DNA from: a virus
Reading direction: 5' to 3' (one strand)
IMG/VR virus record: IMGVR_UViG_3300045911_000146
Coordinates: 1 to 33,056 of that record
Length of the DNA stretch: 33,056 bases
This document shows positions 23,968 through 32,727 of this stretch, in pieces. The position numbers and the translations under genes were made by a program. Numbering within the stretch: position 1 is the stretch's first letter; each line of letters opens with the position of its first letter. Below the pieces are notes generated by a model. The model was given only the letters and a program-made list of their open reading frames with translations, was not told the DNA's origin and did no database searches.

Positions 23968-26165
23968 ACACTAAAGCATTAGCGCTTAAGTGGTTAAAAG
24001 AAATTGATAGAGTTCAGCGCTCTAAAGAGCAAAAAGCATTTGAGAATATCGGCGAGCGCATTGTCAAAAAGTACCGCAACGCTGACGCGCTACAAGTTTA
24101 CAGCTCCAACGTAGGCAATAGCACGCGCGTTATGCTTAATGCGCTTTGGACCGTCGTTGAAATCATGAAGCCTGTGCTTTATGCGCGAATGCCTCAAATC
24201 GTAGTAGAAAGAGAATTTAAAGACAAAGACGACGTTGCGCGAGTAGCTGCAATGGGCGCAGAGCGTTGTGTAGGGTATATGCTGCGCAGTCAGCAGAATC
24301 AGTTTAATTATGCAGTTAAAGGAGCAGTATTAGACAGACTGCTGTCAGGGCGCGGGCAAGTGTGGCCACGGTTTGAGTACAAAGAGGAAGAGCCCTACAG
24401 CGAGAAAGTCTGTATCAGCCCGCTCAATTGGCTTGATTACTTAGAGTCCCCGGCGCGCAATCAATATGAAATTAGATGGCGCGCGAAACGCGCGCACATG
24501 AGCAGGCAAGCCTTAATCAATCGCTTTGGCGAAAAGATTGGAAACGCTGTTAAGTTTGAGACTGAGGATAAGCGCGGCAAAGATGCTGATGACATAGAGC
24601 ATCAAGCGGAAGTTTGGGAGATTTGGGACAAAGACACTAAGCGCGTGTATTGGGTATCAAAAGGCTACAAGGACGATTTGCTAGATTGGAAGGATGACCC
24701 GCTGCGCTTAAAAGAATTCTTCCCGTGCCCTATTCCGTTGCTTGCTACCACTGTTACTGACACCACCTATCCAACTCCAGACTTTAAGATATATGAAAAG
24801 CTCGCTGACGAAGTTGATTATATTACTAAGCGCATTGCTTCCATTGTAGATTGCATACGAGTTGTCGGCGTTACTGCCGCAAGCCTGAACGCAGACCTAA
24901 AGAACATGCTTAAGCTTAACGATGGCGACCTGTGGCCCATTGAGCAATGGGTTACATTCTCAGAACGCGGCGGATTAAGAGGCGCAGTCGATTGGTTCCC
25001 GTTTGAACAAGCAGCTAACGTATTGCCAACGTTGATTCAGTATCAACAACATTGCATAAGCTTAATTTTTGAACAGATTGTTGGATTGCCTGACATTGTT
25101 AGGGGGTTTAGCGATCCAAACGAAACTGCCGCAGCGCAACAAAAGAAATCACACTGGACTGTTGTCCGAGTCGCCGAAAAGCAGCAAGACGTTCAGCGAT
25201 TTTGCCGCGATATTGTAGGCATTACCGCTGAGATAATGTTTGAGCCTGGCCTGTTTAGTGATGAAACACTGTCGCTGATGGCGGGGGCCGAACAATTTAG
25301 CCCAGAAGATCAAGCGCTTTGGCCTGAAGCTTTAGCGATGTTGCGTAATGATAGATTGCGCACATTCCGCGTAGATATTGAGACTGATTCAACTATTGCG
25401 GCGGATCAAGAATTAGATAAGCAATCACGCACCGAATTCATAGGCGCAATCACGCAGTTATTCGGGCAAGTGCAGTCTGTTGTTCAGTTCTCTCCTGAAC
25501 TAATGAAACCAATGCTTGAGTCCGCGTTATTTGCCGCTAGAGCATTCAAAGCAGGGCGCGCATTAGAGGGGGCATTCGAGCAGGCGATTGACAGGATAGT
25601 AGAACAGCAAAAGCAACCGCCTCCGCCCCCGCCTCCAGACTATGAAATGCAGAAGCTTCAGCTTGAATCGCAGGGGTTGCAGCTAAAGGCGCAAGAGGCG
25701 CAAGGCAAAGCGCAGCTTGAAATGCAAAAGTTGCAGCTTGAAGCAGAAGATAAGCGCGCAAAAATTGATATTGAAATGCAAAAGATGCAGCTCGAAATGC
25801 GGCGCATCATGTCCGACGAGCAGCGCGATAGTTTTGATGCGCGATTAGAAGAGTTTAAAGAACAATTCAACCAGTGGGCTGAATCGCAGCGTCTACAATT
25901 GCAGCAAATGACAGAATCGCAGCGCTTGGAGCTTGAAAAGGCGGCGACTATACTGCAAGAGCGGGAAAAGCTAATTGAAGAAGCGCGGCTAAAACAAGAG
26001 CAAATGTTGCGCAGTGCCGAGCTACTTGCCGCGAAACAACCAGCGCAACAAGCGGCGCCGAATATTACTATTGTCAATGACGATGGCGAGAAGGAAGTAT
26101 TATTATCCAGAGATGCAATGGGCGGACTAGTTGGTAGAACTAGGCGGGTAAAGCGTGACGTATAA
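23928..26165 (+). CDS. Portal protein with an extended C-terminal coiled coil (745 aa).
   Basis: Assigned by size and by position directly after terL. The last roughly 186 aa start with P7 and are heptad-like (EMQKLQLE repeated 3 times). The start codon is uncertain by a few codons. Confidence 0.8.
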   Translation: MESERAEEQPKALDTKALALKWLKEIDRVQRSKEQKAFENIGERIVKKYRNADALQVYSSNVGNSTRVMLNALWTVVEIMKPVLYARMPQIVVEREFKDKDDVARVAAMGAERCVGYMLRSQQNQFNYAVKGAVLDRLLSGRGQVWPRFEYKEEEPYSEKVCISPLNWLDYLESPARNQYEIRWRAKRAHMSRQALINRFGEKIGNAVKFETEDKRGKDADDIEHQAEVWEIWDKDTKRVYWVSKGYKDDLLDWKDDPLRLKEFFPCPIPLLATTVTDTTYPTPDFKIYEKLADEVDYITKRIASIVDCIRVVGVTAASLNADLKNMLKLNDGDLWPIEQWVTFSERGGLRGAVDWFPFEQAANVLPTLIQYQQHCISLIFEQIVGLPDIVRGFSDPNETAAAQQKKSHWTVVRVAEKQQDVQRFCRDIVGITAEIMFEPGLFSDETLSLMAGAEQFSPEDQALWPEALAMLRNDRLRTFRVDIETDSTIAADQELDKQSRTEFIGAITQLFGQVQSVVQFSPELMKPMLESALFAARAFKAGRALEGAFEQAIDRIVEQQKQPPPPPPPDYEMQKLQLESQGLQLKAQEAQGKAQLEMQKLQLEAEDKRAKIDIEMQKMQLEMRRIMSDEQRDSFDARLEEFKEQFNQWAESQRLQLQQMTESQRLELEKAATILQEREKLIEEARLKQEQMLRSAELLAAKQPAQQAAPNITIVNDDGEKEVLLSRDAMGGLVGRTRRVKRDV

Positions 26166-26874
26166 CGAAACAAAAGTATCTAACGGATACTTATCTAACA
26201 ATCCTGATTTTGATGTTGCTAACGATACGATCAGCAACAGAAAATATCAGGCCATTAAACTAATTGATGCCACTGAAGGCAGTACAGCCCCCATTGGGGT
26301 TGCGGCTAATCCTTTGCCCATACAGGGCACTGTTAGCCTTGCAGGTATTGCCGACGCAGCCACAGAAGCAACTCTCTCGACAATCAACAGCAAAATCACA
26401 TCATGTAACACCGGAGCTGTAAATGTTTCATCGTCGGCATTGCCTACGGGCGCAAGTACCGAAGCCACATTATCAGCGTTAAATGGTAAGGTAATTGCAT
26501 GTAATACTGGCGCGGTGGTGGTCTCGTCGTCGGCTCTCCCTGCTGGTGCCGCGACTAGTGCAAATCAAATTACAATTAACAATAATCTTTCGAGGCCGTC
26601 AGGCTCTTCAGTCACTCAAAAGAGCGTAACCACTTCTAACACTTCACTATTAGCCAGTAATCCGAATCGTAAAGGATTTATAATCGCGCACGATTTGTCT
26701 TCAGGGGCAGCGGTTCGGGTGAAGTTAGGGGCCGCGGCAAGCGCATCAAGTTACTCAGTTTATATCAACGTAGGCGATCCGCCATTCATTGCTGGTTTTG
26801 GTTGTTATACCGGACCAATTGATGCAATTACGGACTCTGGCACGGCAACGCTACAAGTAACGGAGATAACCTAG
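26155..26874 (+). CDS. Ser/Thr-rich virion-associated protein with a tandem 32-aa repeat (239 aa).
   Basis: GTG start overlaps the portal stop. The repeat is TEATLS(T/A)(I/L)N(S/G)K(I/V)..CNTGAV.VSSSALP.GA, present twice at 26362-26553. Confidence 0.6.
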   Translation: MTYNETKVSNGYLSNNPDFDVANDTISNRKYQAIKLIDATEGSTAPIGVAANPLPIQGTVSLAGIADAATEATLSTINSKITSCNTGAVNVSSSALPTGASTEATLSALNGKVIACNTGAVVVSSSALPAGAATSANQITINNNLSRPSGSSVTQKSVTTSNTSLLASNPNRKGFIIAHDLSSGAAVRVKLGAAASASSYSVYINVGDPPFIAGFGCYTGPIDAITDSGTATLQVTEIT

Positions 26875-27311
26875 TGACGTACTCGTTTTCTCCGCAGCAG
26901 CGGGTTTATCGCACTACGATAACATTTGATCATTTCTTCAGTGGTGCGGGGAGCACCACGATATACACTTCTATCCCTAAATTCTCATCAGAAGCAGAAG
27001 CTTATATTACAAGCAGTAGCGTGCCGTCGGGGTCGTTTGGTGGAGGGCCGCTATATTTTGGGGCAGTAGTGCAGGCGCGACAAGCAAGCTCTGGCTCAGA
27101 GAAGGTTGCTGCAAACCTAAGCTCTTATTCCGGAATTGGTACAAGCATGCGTTCTACCGTTGGATGTACTGATAGGTATTTTGGTAGTGGTATTTATTTG
27201 GCTGATTTTTACATAGACAACCCGAATAGTCGGGTCGCTTGGGTATGGACTAAAGCGGTATCAGGGACAGGGTCGCTAGATGCTTATGCCCATTTGCTGG
27301 TGAAACCGTGA
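26874..27311 (+). CDS. Hypothetical beta-rich protein (145 aa).
   Basis: GTG start within TAGTGACGTA, the same GTGACGTA start context as the previous gene. Confidence 0.55.
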   Translation: MTYSFSPQQRVYRTTITFDHFFSGAGSTTIYTSIPKFSSEAEAYITSSSVPSGSFGGGPLYFGAVVQARQASSGSEKVAANLSSYSGIGTSMRSTVGCTDRYFGSGIYLADFYIDNPNSRVAWVWTKAVSGTGSLDAYAHLLVKP

Positions 27312-28504
27312 CAAAAGCATTGATTCTTTGCACTGAAACCGACCGAATTTGGGGTGGTCGCGGCGAACACGTGCAGCAAGTTGCTAAGCGGTTGCATGCT
27401 AATGGTGTTACTCCTTATCTCATTACTATTGATAATAAATGGTTAGAGACACCTCCTTGCTACACTCGTTCTATCCACGAGATTCCTAACGCATTTATCC
27501 CGCGTACAAACGAAGAATCTAGGCTATCTAATCAAATGGCCTGGATTGAGCTAGGGGCTAAAGTCATTAGAGAGCAGGGATGTAACGTAATTCAAGCGCA
27601 CGATTGGGATGCGGTTACCCCGGCGCTGGCCTTGAGGGGGATTTTTAATATTCCTGTAGTAATATCGTTTCATCTGTTTCAGTACCAGCTAGTTATGGAG
27701 ATGGGGCAGGAAGAAACAGAGGACACTAGAGTCTCTATGATGGAAGAAGTCAGGGGGCATTCTGAGGCAAATCTAGTTACTTATTGTTCTGTTTCTATGC
27801 AGCAATTCGCGCTGAGGCAATTATTACCGGCGCAAGATTCTCTAGTGCTTTATAATGGCGTGGATGTTCAGGAATGGATTACTCCGATGAGCCGCAGCTT
27901 AAACAGTCGAAAAATTGTTTTGTATTGTGGGCGGCTATGTTCACAAAAGGGATATGACATTTTTCTTGATTTAGTAGAGCAAGACATAGCTGGTCGTTTT
28001 GAGTGGCAGGTAATGGGGCAAGTCCCCGCATTGGAACAGGAAGATGCTGAGAAAACGGTGCCAATGCGGCGAGTACGAAAGTTAGAGTCCGAAGGCAAGC
28101 TAAAATATTTGGGGCATCTTTATGGGGAAGAAAAGCGCAAGAAAATTCGACAGGCTGATGCTATTGTTGTTCCCTCCCGGAAGGAGCCGTTCGGCATTAT
28201 CGCACTAGAGGCGTTTGCTGCGGGGGTACCTCTATTTACTACTCGAGTGGATGGTCTAGCTGAGTTTTGTACTGATGATAATAGCTATACGATGGGGGAG
28301 CTGGTGCCATTTCTTGAGAGTGGGGGGATACATTTTAAGCAAGACGCAGCGCTTCAAACGGCTAGGTTATTTAATTGGGATAAGTGTGCGGCTAGTACAG
28401 CAAGATTTTTAAAAGAGGTGTGTAATGTTAAGATTAGCTCAGCCAAAAGTAGCAGCGAATGTAGATGTAAGCCACTTGTTTATCACGATGGATCCGGTGC
28501 TTAA
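27308..28504 (+). CDS. Family 1-fold (GT4-like) glycosyltransferase (398 aa).
   Basis: N-terminal ALILCTE...WGGRGEHV. The C-terminal Ex7E-type motif is SRKEPFGIIALEAFAAGVPLFTTRVDGLAEF. GTGA overlap with the upstream gene. Confidence 0.8.
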   Translation: MTKALILCTETDRIWGGRGEHVQQVAKRLHANGVTPYLITIDNKWLETPPCYTRSIHEIPNAFIPRTNEESRLSNQMAWIELGAKVIREQGCNVIQAHDWDAVTPALALRGIFNIPVVISFHLFQYQLVMEMGQEETEDTRVSMMEEVRGHSEANLVTYCSVSMQQFALRQLLPAQDSLVLYNGVDVQEWITPMSRSLNSRKIVLYCGRLCSQKGYDIFLDLVEQDIAGRFEWQVMGQVPALEQEDAEKTVPMRRVRKLESEGKLKYLGHLYGEEKRKKIRQADAIVVPSRKEPFGIIALEAFAAGVPLFTTRVDGLAEFCTDDNSYTMGELVPFLESGGIHFKQDAALQTARLFNWDKCAASTARFLKEVCNVKISSAKSSSECRCKPLVYHDGSGA

Positions 28505-28694
28505 GGACCAGACTGAGGCACATATCTATTGTCGATTGCAGTATAAAGACGATGCGGGCAACGAACTGATTTCTCAGGAGCTGAGAATCAGTGGCCAGGC
28601 GCTAGATAGGTTTTTCCAGGCGTTTAGTTCATTGCGCGAGGGGTTCTTGCGGTTTTTGGCAAGCGAGAGGCATCTTCAGTTAGAAGAAGAATGA
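28425..28694 (+). CDS. Hypothetical protein (89 aa).
   Basis: ATG lies 6 nt after AGAGGTG. It overlaps the glycosyltransferase 3' end by 80 nt. Confidence 0.55.
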   Translation: MLRLAQPKVAANVDVSHLFITMDPVLKDQTEAHIYCRLQYKDDAGNELISQELRISGQALDRFFQAFSSLREGFLRFLASERHLQLEEE

Positions 28695-29026
28695 CATTCT
28701 TTTTCCTTTATAATCCTAAATACTATGACCCTGGCGCGGTAATTAGAGATCATTACGATGCGTTACCCGAGAAACGTAAAGACGAAGAAAAAGAAATTCC
28801 AAAGACTAAAGAATTAAAAGAAAAGCACGAAACATTTGCCAAAATTGCAAAGAAAGCAAACGCAATCAGACAAAAAGTTATTGAAACAAAAGCTAATGAA
28901 GCAGCGAGGCTTGAGTTAATTGCAAAATACCAAGACGTCCTTAAGAAAGAAGCAGAGATTGCAAGGCTACTCTTAATGATGGAAGAAGAAGAGCTTGCGG
29001 CTATATTATTATTGCTAGAAAAATAG
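28691..29026 (+). CDS. Lys/Glu-rich coiled-coil protein (111 aa).
   Basis: ATGA overlap with the upstream gene. The sequence is a charged helix. Confidence 0.55.
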   Translation: MTFFFLYNPKYYDPGAVIRDHYDALPEKRKDEEKEIPKTKELKEKHETFAKIAKKANAIRQKVIETKANEAARLELIAKYQDVLKKEAEIARLLLMMEEEELAAILLLLEK

Positions 29027-29046
29027 TTTTATGTGTCTAATTAATT

Positions 29047-29427
29047 ATGAGTCGAAAGCTCTACAAAAAAATTCACGGTAAATATCAGTGGATTGAAATA
29101 GATGAGACAGTTAAAGAAGAAACTGTTCCGGCAGTACACACTGATACTCTTAAAGAGCCTCTTAAGCATCCGGTTACTGGTAAAATATTTGAATCGCGCA
29201 GTGCGTACGAGAAAGAAACTAAAAGATTGGGCCTTGAGGTTGTTGGGAACGATAAGCTTTCAGAAAAACCAAGACAATTAAAAGATAAAATAACAGAATC
29301 TCAAATAATGGATGCAATTCATCACGCTGAAGCAATTCATAGCGATCCTGCAAAATTAAGAGCGCAGCGTGCAGAGAATAAACGCAGATTAGAGCTTATA
29401 AATAAGTTATTGTATGGCAAAAGATAA
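29047..29427 (+). CDS. Basic hypothetical protein (126 aa).
   Basis: ORF in the operon, overlapping the scaffold start by 14 nt. Confidence 0.55.
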   Translation: MSRKLYKKIHGKYQWIEIDETVKEETVPAVHTDTLKEPLKHPVTGKIFESRSAYEKETKRLGLEVVGNDKLSEKPRQLKDKITESQIMDAIHHAEAIHSDPAKLRAQRAENKRRLELINKLLYGKR

Positions 29428-30427
29428 AAATGTTATTGACGAAGCACTCGATTCAGCGGAAGAATTGATTGCAGATAAAAAATCTGACCAAGAGCCAGAA
29501 GCGGCAGAGCCCGAACCTAAGGCTGAAGAACCGGAAGTTGTAGAGCCTGAAGTTGAGGCCCCTATTGCTGAACCGGAATCAGAGGCAGAACCGGGAATCG
29601 AGCCACCGCGTTTTTGGTCAGCGGAAAAGAAAGCCCTTTTTGCTAAGGCCCCCCTAGAGGTACAGCAAGCTGTTTTGGAATATGAACAACAGCGCACAGA
29701 ATGGGCTAACCGACTGGCGAGCGAGTCCGAACAAGGACGCAGTTACCGGCAGAAAGTAGAGGAAACGTTTAAACCTTACCAGGAACGCTTAAAGGCTGAA
29801 GGAATTTCAGATCCAATACAGGCGGCAGCGCAGTTATTGGAATGGAATGAGGCTTTTGAGAAGGATCCTGTAAGCGGCGTTATCTCTCTCATGCAGGAGA
29901 ATGGCATAACCTTAGAGGACTTGTACGGAGTTATAAATTCGGGGGGCTCTAATGCTCTTCCGCCTAATAATTCCTATCGTGATCCTAGAATTGAGCAAGC
30001 ACTTGCAGAAGCGGCAGAGGCTAAGAAATTAGCCTCTGAACAAATGCAATTGATTCAGGCGGCCCAGCAGCAAGCTTTTTTGTCCGAGATCGAAAGATTC
30101 AAGAACGGGAAAGATTCTTCGGGGAACCCTAGAAAACAATTTGCAGAAATGTATGCGCCGCAAATTTCTCAAGTTGCTGAGCAAATTCAAAAGATCACGC
30201 CAGGGGTAACGCTGTATGATGCACTGGAACATGCCTATGAGCAGGTTCTTAGTAACGCAAAAAAAGCGTTTGGTGTTTCTTTAGCACAGCCAAAGCCTGA
30301 AAAAGCAAAGGCAGCGGCATCAAGTGTTATGGGGGCACCGCTTGCAGGCGGAGTAGTCAAAAAGCCCAAAGCTAAAACAATAGATGAGGCCCTAGATATG
30401 GCCGAAGAGCAGCTAGGGGCTCGATAA
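29414..30427 (+). CDS. Putative scaffolding protein (337 aa).
   Basis: Acidic and helical, with an E/P-rich N-terminal third. It lies immediately upstream of the major capsid gene. Confidence 0.6.
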   Translation: MAKDKNVIDEALDSAEELIADKKSDQEPEAAEPEPKAEEPEVVEPEVEAPIAEPESEAEPGIEPPRFWSAEKKALFAKAPLEVQQAVLEYEQQRTEWANRLASESEQGRSYRQKVEETFKPYQERLKAEGISDPIQAAAQLLEWNEAFEKDPVSGVISLMQENGITLEDLYGVINSGGSNALPPNNSYRDPRIEQALAEAAEAKKLASEQMQLIQAAQQQAFLSEIERFKNGKDSSGNPRKQFAEMYAPQISQVAEQIQKITPGVTLYDALEHAYEQVLSNAKKAFGVSLAQPKPEKAKAAASSVMGAPLAGGVVKKPKAKTIDEALDMAEEQLGAR

Positions 30428-30441
30428 TTTAAAAGGGGAAT

Positions 30442-31419
30442 ATGCCAAGTCCAAACAGTACGTATGACGAACTGTTGTCGACCACAATTCAGCTTTTGGA
30501 AGATGAGTTGTTCGACAATATTCTTGATAAAAATGCTTCAACCGCAATGCTTAAGAGCTATGGCTCAACGGGCACTAGAGATGGCGGGCCATCCGTTGTT
30601 GTGCCTGTTATCTATGCTCAAAACGGGTCTTACAAGCGTTACAGCGGCGGACAGCAACTAAATACCGCGTTTAATCAGACAATGACTAGCTTTCAGTATA
30701 ACTGGAAGCAGGTCGCATTGAACATTCAGGCTGATGGTCGTGAAATCTTGCAAAATAGCGGGAGATCTCAGAACCGGGCGCTTGTTAAGTCTCGTGTAGA
30801 AGTCGCTAAGATGACTTACGAGAATGAGTTCAACAGGGACATTTGTTCTGACGGCTCGGCTGATGGTGGCTTGCAAATTGGTGGATGGCAGCTTTTGATT
30901 GCTGACGATCCAACTACCGGCACGGTTGGTGGAATTAGTAGAAGCTATACCTTCGCAAGGAATCAGCGTTATCGTGCAGTCGCTGACGGCGGCGCGGCTC
31001 TGTCTGCAAGTAATATCTTTACTTACATGGACAGGCTCGACATTGCTATCTCAGCGGCACGCGGGAAGACGAAGTTGATTCTTGCTGATGATTTGGCGTT
31101 TGGATTCTTCGAAGCGGCGGTACATCCATTGCAGCGTTTGACAGACCCAAACGGGAAGATGGCAAAGCTTGGGTTCGGTGCTTACAAGTACAAAAATGCA
31201 GAAGTTGTTTTAGAGCCTTCGTCCTCTGGAATGCCGAGTGCAACTATGTACTTCATTGACCCTGAAGTGGTTGAGCTTATCAGCCATGCGGATCGGAACC
31301 TTGTGCGGCTTCCGCTTAGATACTCTTTCAACCAAGATGCTCAAATTGAGTACTTGGCATGGATGGGCGCTCTTTGCGTGAAGAATTTCCGTCGCTTGGG
31401 TGTGTTGAATAACGACTAA
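30442..31419 (+). CDS. Major capsid protein (325 aa).
   Basis: Strong SD AAAAGGGGA. Assigned by size and by position after the scaffold and before a strong terminator. The fold could not be verified. Confidence 0.75.
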   Translation: MPSPNSTYDELLSTTIQLLEDELFDNILDKNASTAMLKSYGSTGTRDGGPSVVVPVIYAQNGSYKRYSGGQQLNTAFNQTMTSFQYNWKQVALNIQADGREILQNSGRSQNRALVKSRVEVAKMTYENEFNRDICSDGSADGGLQIGGWQLLIADDPTTGTVGGISRSYTFARNQRYRAVADGGAALSASNIFTYMDRLDIAISAARGKTKLILADDLAFGFFEAAVHPLQRLTDPNGKMAKLGFGAYKYKNAEVVLEPSSSGMPSATMYFIDPEVVELISHADRNLVRLPLRYSFNQDAQIEYLAWMGALCVKNFRRLGVLNND

Positions 31420-31441
31420 TTCCAAGTAAGGGGGGAAGTAT

Positions 31442-31963
31442 ATGCCAGTTGCAAATAGTCCAGTAACGATTGCCAAGGCGGAATTTGAAGAGGTGAGTAC
31501 CTCTCCATTGTTCGCTCTTGGTACTGTATGTATCGACGATCAGGGCGGCCAGTGGCTCTATGTTAGAGCTGCTGAAAATTTGACCGCATTCAGCTTGTGC
31601 CATGTTACTAACGCTTCGGTAGAGAACGGGACATGGTTAGCTGAAATGACAGAAGCGTCAGACATAGCCAACGGGCCTAAGTTTCTTGGATTAAACCAAG
31701 TTGCTTTTGCCACGAATGATTATGGCTGGATCGCTCGAGGGCCAGGCGGGGGATTTGGCCGAGGGATTAGGGTTCGATCTCAAAACATGATAAAGGGAGC
31801 GCTTGCGTTCCCATTGTCTGGAACCCCCGGAGCGATTGACGATGCAAACGTAGATGAAGGTGTAATTGCTGGTCTAACCACAATTACTACTACAACCTCG
31901 CTTGCTGCGGTTGAAGCAATGATGACAACTATCATTACTTGCAATCTTGGTGAAACGGATTAA
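31442..31963 (+). CDS. Capsid-associated protein, decoration or minor head candidate (173 aa).
   Basis: Strong SD AAGGGGGGAAG. It is co-transcribed with the capsid gene and ends at the strongest terminator in the genome. Confidence 0.55.
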   Translation: MPVANSPVTIAKAEFEEVSTSPLFALGTVCIDDQGGQWLYVRAAENLTAFSLCHVTNASVENGTWLAEMTEASDIANGPKFLGLNQVAFATNDYGWIARGPGGGFGRGIRVRSQNMIKGALAFPLSGTPGAIDDANVDEGVIAGLTTITTTTSLAAVEAMMTTIITCNLGETD

Positions 31964-31966
31964 CCG

Positions 31967-32001
31967 AAAAGCCGGGAGCCTTTACGGCTCCCGGCTTTTT
32001 A
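31967..32001 (+). terminator. Rho-independent terminator.
   Basis: AAAAGCCGGGAGCC-TTTAC-GGCTCCCGGCTTTTT: a perfect GC-rich stem with a T5 tail. Confidence 0.9.
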
Positions 32002-32016
32002 TTAGGACAAGAAAAT

Positions 32017-32727
32017 ATGAGTCTACAGAAAGTTTCTCATATTGAAGGACTCGACACTTTTCAAGACGTCGATTTACACAATGACGATGACCCCGGAGCG
32101 ATGAAAGTTCATTTTGAAGTCCGCTCCATTGAAATCCCAGCAAAGACGCTAGAAAAAGGTGTAATAGTTCGTGAGAATTGGGTTTATATCGTAAAGAACA
32201 TGGAAGTAGGCCACAGCATTTTTGGCCGGAAAATTCGTGATTCGGTGTGTTTTGATGAGGCAAGCAACAAGTGGAAAGTTTTAAGGCTTGCTCCTGAAAT
32301 GCATTCCGACATTTTGAGGTACCCTGCGGAATGGAACGCTTTTGCAACTGGCGTGCTCCCTAATGAAGTAGGGACTCCGCTAGAAGTGCTTTTTAAGCAC
32401 GACCCGTCTCGAGTGCTAATGTACAAGGACCGGCATATTGAAACTGTTGAGCGGCTTGCCGGGGTGAATGCTACCGATGCTTCTATCCTTGGCTTTGGTG
32501 TTAGTGACGATATCGCAAAAGCTAAAGCTTATCTTGCCAAGCTTAACGCGCAGGCAAGCAACGGCGTTGGGCTTTTGTCTAAGCTAGAAGACCAAGAGCA
32601 TGAAATCTCGGTGTTGCGACGTACCATTGCAGAGATGCAGCAAGCAACTAGAGAGCCGGTAGTTAAGAAGACTAGAGGGAGACCGTCTAAAAAAGTAGAA
32701 TTTAACGAGGAGTCGTTTGCGCCATGA
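32017..32727 (+). CDS. Hypothetical protein with a C-terminal AT-hook-like motif (236 aa).
   Basis: ORF after the terminator. The C-terminus has a coiled coil followed by KKTRGRPSKK (RGRP core). Confidence 0.6.
   Translation: MSLQKVSHIEGLDTFQDVDLHNDDDPGAMKVHFEVRSIEIPAKTLEKGVIVRENWVYIVKNMEVGHSIFGRKIRDSVCFDEASNKWKVLRLAPEMHSDILRYPAEWNAFATGVLPNEVGTPLEVLFKHDPSRVLMYKDRHIETVERLAGVNATDASILGFGVSDDIAKAKAYLAKLNAQASNGVGLLSKLEDQEHEISVLRRTIAEMQQATREPVVKKTRGRPSKKVEFNEESFAP

Noticed and set aside
25658-26173. A 171-aa minus-strand ORF inside the portal gene.
   Set aside because: It is antisense to the repetitive coiled-coil coding region. It is Ser/Cys-rich junk sequence with no SD.
29407-29697. A 96-aa minus-strand Ser/Gly-rich ORF.
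   Set aside because: It is antisense to the Glu/Pro-rich N-terminus of the scaffold gene (GAA/GAG/CCT repeats).
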